Shown here in pieces: positions 38,090 through 51,217 of a stretch of DNA of 64,000 nt. This DNA comes from the human T2T-CHM13v2.0 reference genome, Homo sapiens: the NCBI RefSeq assembly GCF_009914755.1, contig NC_060925.1. One strand, written 5' to 3'. The stretch's first letter is position 1. Each line of letters opens with the position of its first letter. The notes under the pieces were generated by a model. The model did not search any database. It saw only the letters and a list, made by a program, of their open reading frames with translations, and was not told where the DNA came from. The position numbers and the translations under genes are program-made.

Positions 38090-38430
38090 TTAAAACAATG
38101 GAAACCACTAGATGGTTAAAGGAGATTTTTAGGGCAGCAAGACTATTTTGTATGATACTATAATGGTGGATACGTGACGTTATGCATCTATCAAAGCCTG
38201 CAGAACCATACAACAAGAGTGAGTTTAAACCATGAACTTCAGTTAATAGTAAATGTATGAATCTTGGCTCATTCATTGTAAAAAATGTAGCACATTAATG
38301 CAAGATGTTAATAATAGGAGAAACTATGGGGGAAGGGTAGGTATGCAGGAACTCTGTTCTATCTGCTCAAATTTACTATACATCCAAAACTATTACAAAA
38401 ATTAAGTATTTTAATTAAATACCAAAAATA
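38090..38430 (+). mobile_element. L1MC/MD-type 3' UTR fragment
   Basis: ttgtatgatactataatggtggatac...atgcaagatgttaataataggagaaact. Confidence 0.7.
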
Positions 38431-38432
38431 AA

Positions 38433-38725
38433 TGGTTTGCCTGTAATCTCAGCACCTTAGGAGGCTAAGGCATGAGGATCGCTTGAGCCCAGGAGTCTGA
38501 GACCAGCCTAGGCAACATAGTAAGATCTTGTTTCTCCAAAATCATTTTTTAAATATAGCCATAGTGGGGTACATGCCTGTAGTCCCAGCTACTCAGGAGT
38601 CTGAGGTGGGAGGATGGCTTGAGCCCAGGAGTTTGAGGCTACAGTGAGCTATGATCACACCAGTGCACTCTAGCCTGGGCAACAGAGCAAGACCCTGTTT
38701 AGAAAAGTAAATAAAAATTTAAAAT
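38433..38725 (+). mobile_element. AluJ
   Basis: Diverged Alu. Confidence 0.9.
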
Positions 38726-39562
38726 AAATTGTTAACAGTTTCTCTAGGTAACAATGAAGAAGAAAGATAGAGACTTATTTTTTCATTGTTCACCAATCTG
38801 TATTGTTTGATTTTTTTAAATCCTGTGCATGCATTGCTTCTCTAAAAATCTAGTTAACTGCACAGTACATAAATGTTCATGCGGTGCAGCAGTTGAAAAT
38901 ACACAGATCTACAGGTCTTAGTAGGTTGAGATGCCTGAAATACGTTGTTTCATGGGGAAACATTACAGTACAGTGAGTTAATAAGGTATATAGCATGGCC
39001 ACAATGAACAAAGTCCACCTCTGTTGTACAGGTTATATCTAACAGGATTCAATTCACAGTGATATGTTACTTATGGAATGTCCAGGATGGGGATGGGCAG
39101 TGTGAGAATGCCTGTCATTTTATGAGCATGCTTCAATATGGTTTGGATGTCATACTCATGTATTAGGCATATTTTTAAAATAAAATAAACACATAGGTAT
39201 TACATAAGTTCTTGAAATAGAATTTCAAACGCAAGGGCTGGCTTCAGAGCAGGGGTTGATTTAGAGGCTTGAATGGCAGTTATTGGCCTCCAGGCATTCC
39301 CAGGATTCCCCAAGGTGGGCACATAGAGCCTCCTGATGTCGGGTGTGTACACTAGAACCGAGCAAACCCAGAGCTGAGCATGCAGCCCCTCCTGTCTCTG
39401 TAGTTCTGGAGAGAACTCCCCAACCTTGGGGAACACAAAAAAGGGGCTGGTTCCCCCACAGGACCCTGGGCACCTATTCCATTATCCCCTGGCAACTGGA
39501 GTTGGAAGGCTCATCTAGGCTGCCTCAATTTGACCCCCAGTCCAGAAAGAGGTGTGTGGCAT

Positions 39563-39903
39563 AGACCAGCGCTTCTCAGACTGCAGTGTGCAAATGGATC
39601 ACCTGGGGATCTTGCAAATGCAGATTCTGATGGAATAGGTCTAGGGTAGGACCTGAGATTCTGCACTTCTAGAAGCTTCCAAGTAACACTGATGCTGCTA
39701 GTCAACAGAACATACTTTAGATAGCAAGGGTCTAGAGCAGCGGTTCTCAAAATGTAGTCTCAGGCCAGCAGAGTCAGCATCAGCTGGGAACTTGTTAGAA
39801 ATACAAATTCTAGGCTCCACCCCAGACCCGGGTTTGGAGCCCAGCAATCCGTGTTTGAACAAGCCCTCCAGGTGATTCTGACGCCCACGTGTGAGAACCA
39901 CTG
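39563..39903. mobile_element. Two adjacent MER5A-type hAT MITEs
   Basis: cagcgcttctcagact...gatcacctgggga and cagcggttctcaaa...gtgattctgacg...gagaaccactg. Confidence 0.8.
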
Positions 39904-42006
39904 GTGTAGGGGAAGGAGCACTCAGGTAGGAGACAGGACACCCATGTCCTAGCCTAAGCTTGGTGACACCTTACACAATCACTTCCTCTCTCTGACCTCA
40001 GTTTCCTCATCTGTAAAATGAAGGCTGTCAAGTTCTATCTTGCAGATTCAGTGCATATTTGAAAAAAAAAAAAAAGCCTGGCTAGTTTATGGGAGCTATG
40101 TAACCCCTGTATAGGCAAGAAAAGAAAACATCACTACTCCTTCCTCAACCTGTTCCCTGGATTCCTCAGGCCAGGTAGTGCCTCCTCACCTAGATGGGGC
40201 ATGAAAATGGGTCTGTTCACAGCCCTGCTCCTCCCCACCCTGCTTCTCCCTTCAGGCTTCTGCACCCACCCTCCAATCCACAGGTCCCTCACTGCTCTCC
40301 TCTCCCTGGGAGCTGGGGGCTGGGAGACCCACTCCAGCTGACCTCTCCCTCAGACTTCTCCTGACCTGCTCGCACCGCTTTGATGTACAGCCCTTTGTTC
40401 CAGGACTTTGGGGTTTCCTCGGATCTCTGTTTTTCTAAAGGGAAACAGAAGGAAAAACCCTACCAAGGTTTCAAGTCTCTGATGACTTGGGTTTTATGGG
40501 CACCATTGCGACAGACTTCAAGTGGGCAGCAACTCTGCAGCCGACCCGCCCAGGCTTGCTCCTGGGCCTGGCTCTCTCAGTGGAAATCCCCTCCCACGCT
40601 CAGCCCTTTAATCACTTTCCAGCCCAATAACTTTCCTGATTCACCAAGAATCCCTTTCGTCTTGAGAGCACCTACTGCCCCCTCTGATGGGGCTGAGTCT
40701 GGGCTTGAAGGCATTTGATCCCAGCGTGGGTCTTACAGAGATTGGACTTGTGGGCTAATGGTTCAGGTTGGGGCCTGCAGAATTTTCCTTTTTCCCATGC
40801 CATCTTGGCATCTGGGTGCCCATGTTGTAGGAAAAAATGGGCTGCCCTGGAATGAATCTCTTCCTTGAGGACACTTGACCAAGGGGCAATGACACTAGGA
40901 GGAGACTGACTGATACCCAGGAAACTAGTGGCCTCAACCAATATGCCAATAATAGCCATGAAACCCTTGACATAAAAGTTGCTTTCTCTTTTCTTCTAGT
41001 AATAATGTGCTTTAAATGCAAGTAACACTTGAATACATTTTTGTTGCAAAAGATTCAAAACATGACAGTATCTTTTCACCACCCTTCTAGTCCCCCAACC
41101 CCAGAGACAACAATCACTTAGCTTGGTTTGTGTCTTGCCAGATATTTGTTTTTACTTTTCACACATCTGCACCCAGACTAGTATAAAGCAGCATTCTCAA
41201 TGGTAATGTAAGGGAGTTGGTTGAAGGATTCGTAAGTCCCCTTCCAGCTGTGCCATTTTCTGCATTTGTGGGTGGCTTTTCCCTCTCCTCCTAAATAGGA
41301 GACATTCATAGGCTCTCCCTAAAAGTATGGGGGGAGGGGGAATGCACAGAGGAAAATAGGAAAGGAAAGGTCACAGTGTCAACAGCAGTTCCTTCGAGGT
41401 GAGATCATGGATGAGTTTTTTACCACTTGCCTCTGATTTTCAAATGTTTCATCATGAGAGTTATAAAGATTATTATTCGTGAGTATGACTTTGATAACAG
41501 GGAAGCTCCTATGCAGTGCCATTGTCAAGATCAGGCAGAGAAGGAGGCTGTGAGTTGTCCAGCCTGAGGCTTAGGTCAAGGAGAAATTAACAAATTGCTC
41601 AAGGCAGAGGGGTGTGTGGAGGGGCTTAGGGAGGGGAGGAAGGCTCATGGCATATTCTTGGATGTGATCTACAGGAAGATTCATAGAAAGGAACTTCAGA
41701 GTAAATCCCATTGTGTGTGAATTAAGAATTAAGTATTCTTAATTCTTAATTCAGGCCCTGGGCTAGACTTTAGGGACACAATGGCAAATGGGTGAATCAG
41801 AGTTCTCTACTTAACAGGGACTAGCAAAAGAAGGGGAGGAAGAGTTCACATCTTTAGGAATCCCACCCTACTTTTGCAAGAAGATATTCCTTCCTACTGA
41901 AGAAGACCCCAGAGTTAAGCATTAGATCTTTGACAGGCTACGATCCTGACTTTGTAGAAATATGGTCTCCATACTTGACTCGGCCTATCTAAGGTGATAT
42001 TGGTAT

Positions 42007-42720
<714 letters not shown>

Positions 42721-43069
42721 CATCTCTTAAAGGACTAGACAGTGTGATTGCCATGGGACTGCTGGGTACCCAGAAGGCAGAGCCACAGAGATACCTCTTC
42801 ACTCCTCCAGTAGGGAGCAACAATCCCCCTTGGCCTGGGACCAAGACCTTGAACTCTCTTGAAGAGTCAGGTTGAGGTCAACAGAGTGGAAATGTAGAAG
42901 GTTCAGGAGCAGGTGCTTCTGAAAAGGAACTAAGGGCTTGTCCAGGCATGGAAAATGCCCACTAAAGGCTTTATTCACGATAATCTGCTTCCTGAATTTT
43001 CATGGCCTTTAGGGTGAGTCTTTCTAGGCCCATAAACTCAGGACATCAGAGTTGGGTGGATCCCCTGAA

Positions 43070-43235
43070 GCTTGGCTGTTCAAGTGTGGTCCCAGGATCA
43101 GCAACATCAGCACCACCTACCCCTGGGAGCTTGTGAGAGATGTCCAATTTCAGGCCCCACCCAAAACTAGAATCTGCATTTTAACAAGATCCCCAGGAGA
43201 TTCATATGCACATTAAAGCTTGAGAAGCATTTCCT
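43070..43235. mobile_element. MER5A-type MITE
   Basis: gaatctgcattttaacaagatccccaggagattcatatgcacattaaagcttgagaagca. Confidence 0.8.
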
Positions 43236-43748
43236 CAGAACTAATTTAGGCCAACGTCTTCACTTCGCAAATGAGGAGCCGACACCCAGAGGGGAGGAGG
43301 CAGGCCCAAAGTCACAGAGCTGGTTCCAATCCTGGCTCCACCACTTGCCAGGGACTTGAGTAAGTCTCTAAAATTCACTGAATCTCGGTTTCCTCTTATA
43401 TAATAAAGGGATAATATACTTACCTCCTAGTGCTTATATGAGGATCAAATAAGAAAACATCTAGACCAGTGCCAGGCACATAGTATGTGCTCAATAACTG
43501 TTAGCTATTGCTATGGTCCTAACTCACCATTCCAGCACCAGGCCTCATACTCCCAGTACATAATTGTCTCCTCTTAAGGCAAGGATGTTAGGTATAGCAC
43601 TGCAGCGATGGGACCTGGACCCAGCTGCCTGCATTTATATCCTGCTCAATTTGACCTTGAGAGGGTTGCTGAATTGTTCTTTGGTTCTTGGCTTCAGTTT
43701 TTTCAGTTATAAGTGGGTAAAATGACAGCACCTACTTCATAGGGCCAT

Positions 43749-43910
43749 TGTGAGAATTAAATGAGTTAATGCATTTAAGGTCTTCAAACAGTCTATAGCA
43801 TATATTAAGCACACGAGATGGATGAGTAATGTGACAATTAAGTGAGTTAATACATTAAAGGTCTTCAAACAGTCTATAGCATATAGTAAGCACACAAGTT
43901 GGATGAATAA
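43749..43910 (+). repeat. 81-bp tandem duplication of a MIR tail
   Basis: Two copies at 43749-43829 and 43830-43910. Confidence 0.9.
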
Positions 43911-44322
43911 TAATGTTTCCAAAATGTCCAAAAGAAGACTAGGTTGGAGGAAGTTGCACCCTAGAAAGGCAGGGGACAGGCGTTTCTCAGGGGGAGCTGC
44001 CTCTGTTTTGTCCCTTTGACCTATTGCAAGTCCCCAGTCTGTTTCTCTGGCCACTGGACGGCCCCCAACCCCTGGCTGTGTTTTTCCTCCTCCACTGGAC
44101 TCACTGGGCTCCCTGGTGCCTCCATCAGGAAGCGCTGAAAGGCCAGGGGATCTCTGGTGGGGAGGGGCGGACTCAGGCAGCCGACAGCTGTCTTCAAATC
44201 TCTGAAGCGCTGTCATGCAGGAGAGGGATTAGACCTGTTCTGGATGACTCTAGGGGACAGAAATAGGAAGTTCCAGGAAGTCCTCTCTAATCATTAGAAC
44301 CGTTCAGAGGCAGCCCCAGCTG

Positions 44323-44352
44323 CGGGGCGGGGCGGGGCGGGGCGGGGCGGGG
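44323..44352 (+). repeat. (CGGGG)6 pentamer repeat
   Basis: Read directly from the sequence. Confidence 0.95.
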
Positions 44353-44429
44353 CGCGGAGCTGTTGGCAGCTAAGTGGTTGAGGTTGAGCGGCCGGGTGGA
44401 GGCCGGCACCTGCTAGGAGGCTGGGCTGG

Positions 44430-44590
44430 TCCGCAGGTTCTCAAGCCCGGCTGAGCCCGGGCAAGCGTCAGAGAATCACCAGAGCAGCTTGTCGAATACA
44501 GATTCCCAGGCCCCACCCAGGCCAACCGAATCAGAATCTCTAGGGGTGGGGCTGGGAATCCATTTTTAAAGGCTTCCCCAATGATTCTCA
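44430..44590. mobile_element. MER5A-type MITE inside the CpG-rich region
   Basis: agaatcacc...ccccacccag...gaatcagaatctctaggggtgggg. Confidence 0.7.
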
Positions 44591-44754
44591 GAATAAAGGT
44601 TGGGCTTGGAGGCGGGGCCGGGGCTGGGCGTGGCACGGAGGCGAGGCGCGGGGAGGGCCGGACCTTCCAGTTGTTAATCCCTGTGTTCCTCACTCCGCCA
44701 CACTCACCTCCACTGATCTAAGTCGGGGGATCGTTCCTCGCTGGGTGCCCCCCT

Positions 44755-44787
44755 CACTTGATCTTAGCCAAAAGGTCGAGAAGCGAT
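44755..44787 (-). pseudogene. 3'-truncated U2 snRNA retrocopy (nt 1-33)
   Basis: Minus strand reads ATCGCTTCTCGACCTTTTGGCTAAGATCAAGTG, the U2 5' end with 1 mismatch; flanked by an imperfect 13-bp direct repeat. Confidence 0.88.
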
Positions 44788-45187
44788 TGGGAGCCCCTCT
44801 CGAATAATTTCTGTGGCCCTTGATTCAGGGATCACTCCCACACTTAATAGCAGCTCTAACGCCCCCCAACCCCCGCTACCCAAGATCTCTATCCTCACCC
44901 TCCAGTCGGCCTCGTGGTCTTCCTGTCCCTCCCCAGCCTCTCAGGTGACCCGGACAATTTGCTAAGGCTCTTGGAGAAGGGCAGCCCGAGGAGGCTGGGC
45001 CTGCCGCCCATCGGGAGCGGCAGCTATTTTCCATCACATCCTAAAAAGCCCAGGGCTCTACCGCTCCTGCAGCTGGGCATAGCTCCCACCAAACACATTC
45101 TCCCGAGGTCGCCCTGGACGCCTTGCTCGGAGATGACAGAAACGAGAAAAGAAATACCTAAGTGGACATAAAGACCTAGCTCACCCT

Positions 45188-45483
45188 GGCCGGGTGCGGT
45201 GGCTCATGCCTGTAATCCCAGCACTTTGGGAGGCCGAGGTGGGCAGATCACCTGAGGTCGGGAGTTCTAGGCCAACTAGCTTGACCAACATGGAGAAACC
45301 CCGTCTCTACCAAAAAAATACAAAAATTAGCCGGGCGGGGTGGCTTATGCCTGTAATCCCAGCCACTCAGAGGCTGAGCCAGGAGAATCGCTTGAACCCG
45401 GGAGGCGGAGGTTGCGTTGAGCCGAGATCGCACCATTGCACTCCAGCGTGGGCAACAAGAGGAAAACTCTGTCTCAAAAAAAA
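45188..45483 (+). mobile_element. AluS
   Basis: Alu consensus. Confidence 0.95.
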
Positions 45484-46019
45484 GAGTCCTTGCTCACTCT
45501 TTGGTGAGGGTTTGGTATTCCACAGGGCCCCGAAGCGCGACAGCCCTCCAAGGAGAAGTGAGCGTCGGGGATTAGACGCGTGCGCTGTCTTGCGCAGGAG
45601 CTGAGTCCTCAGGGTCCACAGAGAGAGGAGGAGGGCGTGGGGTGCGCGGAAACGCAGCGCCTGCCTTTTGCCCTGACCCCACAGCACCACCTGGTGTCTC
45701 CCGGGACGGCGCAAGCGCCGCGCTTGCAGATGCTGGGCCCCCTCCCCGTCAGCCGACCCTCCTTCCCCAAGTGCCTCCCCTGCCTGGTGTTCCTCCTTCC
45801 TTGATGCGCCCCTCTGGCTGGCCCTTCACCGTCCAGTGAGTGCTTCCTGGCCTGGCCGCAGCTGGCTTACAGCCTACTGCCTTTACCCAGGTCTTATTCC
45901 CAGGAGGTGCGTCAGGGCCCCTTGCCCACCGTGGGGCTGCACTGAAAAACAGTGGCCCGGGAGCAAGACAGCTAGTGGTGCAAGGCACAGGACGGTCGCC
46001 GACAGGCCCTCCCGATCAG

Positions 46020-46033
46020 CCAGCAGAGGGCAG
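46020..46033 (+). promoter_or_regulatory. CTCF core motif CCAGCAGAGGGCAG
   Basis: Matches CCASYAGRKGGCRS. Confidence 0.55.
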
Positions 46034-46981
46034 CCTCTCTCCAGCTTTGGGCCCCAAAGGCTCCCATCCGGGCCACTCCTGTAGGCCCCTCCCAGACAGA
46101 AGGGTCCACCTGGGTGTGTGGAACCAGCCGTCCTCCTGGCTGCGGAAACTTGTCCGGAGCACCTTTCGTGGGCCACCCCCTGTGCTGGAGCCAGAGGGGT
46201 TACCAAGATGGAGCCCTTGACCCCGATTGCAGAACTCCCAGCCAGAGCCCACCCTGGGCTGGCATTCCCTGAACTCCTCCAGCTCTTCTCCCGGTCATCT
46301 TGTACTTTTCTATTGCTCTGCACCATTGATGGGTGTTATGCATGCATAGGTGCCTTTCTCAGAGTCCAGGAGGGGCCTCTGTCAAGGCCACTGTTGGAGC
46401 TGGTCATCTGGGAAATAGGTACACGAGGCCTTGTTGTTATTAAAGCATCTGCTTTTGTTTTGAAAACTTAGTGTGGGCACATTTTCGAGAAGGGCTGAAG
46501 CAAAGCAGCACAGCCCCAACGCATCAGGCAGGTATGCCTAAGATGAAGGATGCCGCAACCCCTCACATGAACCTATTTCCAAAAAAAAATGTGGCCTTCC
46601 ACGGACTTGCTGTGGGGGCCCTAACAGCACAGCAGGCTGAGCCAGGCCCCTCCACCACACCCCTCCTAGGTAGAAGTGAGCTTTCTAGATTTGACGTGAA
46701 AGTTCCTCTGGTTGAGTTTCCCTCTTAGGCTGGGGCTTTCCGAGCTGGGAGAAGTTCTGAGCACAGTTTTGGGGCCTAGCTGAGCCCCTCCAAGTCCAAA
46801 GTCCATGCAATTCCCAGGCCCAGATTTGGGGGTGGAGACCAGACAGGACAAGCCAGTGGTGTTTGGCTGGTCGGGTCACTTCAGACAGTGTGGTTCAGTT
46901 GGCATTGATACTGAGAAGTAATTGGTCCTTAGAAAAAGCAGGAACGAATCCACTTTGATTCATTTCCACCAGGCTGCCTGC

Positions 46982-47238
<257 letters not shown>

Positions 47239-47304
47239 CCCCTGCTAATTTGATTGCTCCCATTGAGTTCCCTCCCAGCTCCACAGACACAGGATTGGAC
47301 ACCA

Positions 47305-48490
47305 GAGTTCTGGTCTAAACAGCTTTATTGACCAGATGAGAAATCAGCTTGGGTACAGCCCATGCCTGCAGCCCTTTCAGTGGGTGGCTCCAGATAGTGT
47401 TGTCCTTTCAGTTGCTGGGAGCGGTGAGGCCCAGCCCTTTCCCCTTCCTCCCACCACTATTCCTAACCTGGGGCCTGGCAGGGGTGGAGTGATGTGATCT
47501 AAGGGTCCCTGGAGAAGGGTGGAGTGGAAGAGGCAGGGTCTTGGGTTAAAGGGAAGATTCTGAGGTCTCAGGGCAAAGGGAAAGGTGTTTGGATGAAGAC
47601 TGAGGCAGTGCCTACCTCCCTCCACATCTGAGGATCAAGCAGGTGTGGCAAGAACAGAGCCCTGGCCTGGGCTCTGCTGGCCGCAGCCTCAGGAGCCAGG
47701 GTTAAGGCCAGAGATAAATGAAGATTTGAGCCATTGATAAATGCCAATATATGTTTCAGGTATTTCATTAGGATCCTCCCATCAAGCAGGGAACTAGATG
47801 TTTGAGAAGATCAAACAACATCCTGACTTTGGGGTCCTTAAGACCTGGGTTATTCTCCTCCCAGTCCTAGTGGGAGGCTATCCATTCCACAAAGACTCAA
47901 AGGCAAGAGGCCTGGAGAAGCAGGGGCTCCTAGGACCCCGCCTGCATGCCTCTCTGCCTCCAATAGTGACTCCCTAAGCTGGGACTCCTCAGGCTTACTC
48001 TGAGGGACACCAGGAAGCTCAACCTCTTTCCCACAGAGGAGAATCTCTGAGATCCAAAAAACCCAGCCTTCCCCCCTCCTCATCTTGGTCTTGCTTCCCT
48101 CTCCCTCCAGCCTGTTGCTGCTGCTCCTCTGGGTGCCAAGATGTGTCCTCAGGTGTCTTGGTCAGCTGATGATGGACACGCAGCACAGGAGGCTAAGAAC
48201 AGAGCTCTGTGGGGCGAGGTGTGGGGAGAGGGGCCTGCTCTCACCTAGACCCAAAACACTGAGGTCTCCTACTGGTGATGGTGTCAGATCCCAGGCCTGG
48301 GGAGCCCTTTAGTGGGGTGGGACCTCAGGCAGACCCCCAAACCAAAGGGAGCCAGATGCCCAAGTTCAAGTCATTAGTGATATGTGGCAGGGCTGACAGA
48401 GAAATAATCCTGGAGGTCTCCAAAGCTGCTGGGAATGGAATGGCGATGAAAAGCGCAGGAGTGGGCAGGGTGTGGTGGGTGATGGTGGCC
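47305..48490 (-). other. CSRP1: CSRP1 3' UTR (end approximate)
   Basis: Runs from the stop codon to about 20 nt past the AATAAA. Confidence 0.8.
47324..47329 (-). terminator. CSRP1: CSRP1 polyadenylation signal AATAAA
   Basis: TTTATT on the + strand; GU-rich sequence (GGTGTCC, CTGTGTCTGTGG) follows on the minus strand. Confidence 0.85.
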
Positions 48491-48567
48491 TCACTCAGAG
48501 TGGACCAAGGCCCCAGCTCCTTGCCCAAAACCAAAGCCCTTGGGCCCGAAGTTTTTAGCATAACATC
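48491..48567 (-). CDS. CSRP1: CSRP1 last coding exon ([25 protein letters not shown]), 77 nt
   Basis: Acceptor ctctctctgcag|GA; TGA at 48493-48491. The five exons sum to 582 nt = 193 aa + stop. Confidence 0.96.
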
Positions 48568-49060
48568 CTGCAGAGAGAGGAGAGAGATAAGGGCATGTTC
48601 TTCCTCCACCCCCAGCCACACCACCCACCCTCCTGCTGAAGATCCCCCACTCCTAGTGCCCAGCCAGACTGCTAGGGAAGGAAGGTCCACTGGTACCCCC
48701 TCACCTCCACAGCACCCCAATCTCAATAGTAAAATAGCGAAGAGGCTCTTGGTTGTACCCTGTACCCATTGCCCCTGCCACCAAAATTATAGAAGCATCA
48801 TCTGCTGTAAGAACATTGGACTGGGAGTTAGGAAGCCAGGGTCTAGCCCTATGCCTGCCTCAATTTGCCAGATGATGCTGGCCAAGTTGCTTTCCCCCTC
48901 TGGTCTTGTTTCCTCATCTGTACAATGAAGGAATCATACTAGATGTTCAGATCTTGGATCCCAAGGCCAGGAATTAGTTTACATTCAGCAAAGGCAAAAC
49001 TACTTAGCCCCCCTACCCCCTTGGGCCTCCTGACACTCAATTAGAAGTGAAAACACCCAC

Positions 49061-49154
49061 CTTTGCAGTAAATCTCGCCATCCTTGTCTGCCAGGGTGGT
49101 TGACTCAAGGCCTTTGCCACACTTGGCACATCGAAAGCAGGCCTTATGCCAGGA
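49061..49154 (-). CDS. CSRP1: CSRP1 coding exon 4 ([31 protein letters not shown]), 94 nt
   Basis: Not in the ORF track; read by hand. Acceptor ttccttccctgcctag|TCC; donor AAG|GTGGGT. Confidence 0.96.
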
Positions 49155-50175
49155 CTAGGCAGGGAAGGAAATAGTTAATGGCTGCCACCAGTGATGAGGG
49201 TACCCTCCACCCCAGGCCCACTCCCTTTGACATAACCATGGTATAAGGGCTCAAGCCACTTCTGAAGTCTACTCAGCTGGTGCTGCTGGGAGGACATGGC
49301 CTATGGTGCAAGGCAGTAGAGGGAGAAGGCCAGGGACCACACGCCACCTCGCACCATCTTCCATGCTATGTTGCAATGGCCTGATGATTAGGGTCACCAG
49401 CTATACCACAAAAGGCAGGTGAGGGGGTGGGTTTAACACCAAAGTAGCTGTTACCCCACTGGCTGGGCCAGATGAGCCTTCTCCAGACCCATCTTGCCAG
49501 TAGATCAGTGGTGTGAGCCAGGGCTTTGCACTCCTCCTGGTACTGTCACTTAGTACTTGAACAGCCCTCACCGGAAAGACCTCTCTGCCCTGTGTTGCCT
49601 TGGGGCCTCTCATAGAGACCCAAAGGGTCTTCTGTGGCCCCTGGAGAAACTACTCCTTAGGACTTTCCCTGCTGAGTTTAATGCATTTCATAGACTTATT
49701 CTCCTTCCAAAGTGATACTAGACAACATTGACTCTGGCTTCCTCTGTGCCAGGCCCTGTGCCAGGCACTTTACACTGGTGAAGTCAGTTAGTGTTCACAG
49801 CTACCCAGTGAGGGACATACTGCCACCCTCCCCTCCAATAGCTGATAGCCTTTGGGCAAAGGAGGCACCTAATTCTAGAACTTCAGAGGCTGGGCTGGTC
49901 CAGGAGAATCCAATTACAAATACCTTCTCTGTGGCCAGGCATCATATGTTTAAATATCTAGTCCTCACATGCATTCTGTAACACAGGGCAAACAGCTGTC
50001 CCAGAAAAAAAGTGAGGCCCGAGTTTGTACACAGTGATGGGACGTTGCACAGACAGACTTCTCCGCAGCCAGTTCCCATCAACAGCTGGGCAGGCTAAGA
50101 GGCTGATGTGTAGACAGCTCTGCTTAACCCAGGAAAAGCAAGAGGCAGGCAGCAGTCAGATAAGACAAAACAAGG

Positions 50176-50185
50176 CCTTTTAAGG
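50176..50185. promoter_or_regulatory. CArG box CCTTTTAAGG
   Basis: Perfect CC(A/T)6GG in a CSRP1 intron. Confidence 0.35.
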
Positions 50186-50911
50186 GCAAAGACACTCCCA
50201 GTGCCCAGGCTGGTGGATGAGAAAGGAAATTCATCCCCTCAGATTTCCTGGTTGCCTAACCTTGCACATTGGCTTCTCCTCCAGAGAGCTGAAATGGGGG
50301 GACCTGGGTCTAGGTCAGTGCTGGTGCAACCTCAATAGTCACCCAGCCTTTGCTGCCTCCTCTGTAAAGCAGGGGCTGCTACCCCAAGCTCTCTAGGCTG
50401 GAGAAAAACTGAATCACACCTAGACCAACACCTCTCCTCATATTTCCTAGCCACCTCCCTGCCAAAATAAGCTGAATCCCTTTGCTCATTCATAAGCACC
50501 CAAAAGTACTCCCAGCTCAACATTTCTTGAGCGAGGCAATAGAAAGGTGGGGCTTCTCCTTACCTTTTCCACTTGAATGCAAAATTCTCTTATCCTACTC
50601 CTTAGTACAGCCCTAACTTTACCTTATAGCCTGCCTAAGTAATGGAAATAGTGATTCTTAGCTATTCTTAATAATTTTCTATTCTCATAATGAGATAGAA
50701 CAAAAAACCCAACTTAATAATAATATTAATGTCTCCTGTTTTCATATCCTTTAGTCAATGGCAAGGATCTTCATTGTGACCTCAAAATAATCCCTGAAAA
50801 TAAACAACAATAATAATAACAATAGCAAAACTGTACTGAGGACATACCAGGCACTACATTGCACATTATACATGTACTATCTCATTTAATCATTAAAACT
50901 GCCTTGTTGTT

Positions 50912-51217
50912 GGGTGTGGTAGCTCACACCTGTAATCCCAGCACTTTTGGAGGCCGAGGTGGGTGGATCGTGAGGTCCAGGCTGGTTCAAGACCAGCCTG
51001 GCCAACATGGTCAAACCCCATCTTCACTAAAAATACAAAAATTAGCTGGGTGTGGTGGCGCGTGCCTGTAGTCCCATCCACTTGGGAGGCTGAGGCAGGA
51101 GAATCACTTGAACCCGGAAGGCAGAGTGCTAAGATCGCGCCACTGTACTCCAGCCTAGGTGACAAGTGTGAAATTCTGCCAAAAGAAAACAAAAACAAAA
51201 ACAAACAAACAAAAAAA
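50912..51217 (+). mobile_element. AluS
   Basis: Alu consensus; TSD aaaactgcctt. Confidence 0.93.

Larger units (their letters stand above)
44300..46150. promoter_or_regulatory. Orphan CpG-rich region with GC-box array
   Basis: Elevated CpG, including inside the MER5 and Alu copies; (CGGGG)6 at 44323-44352. Confidence 0.6.

Noticed and set aside
48275-48928. 217-aa ORF antisense to the CSRP1 last exon
   Set aside because: No homology recognised, runs into a MIR-like repeat, and no supporting gene structure.
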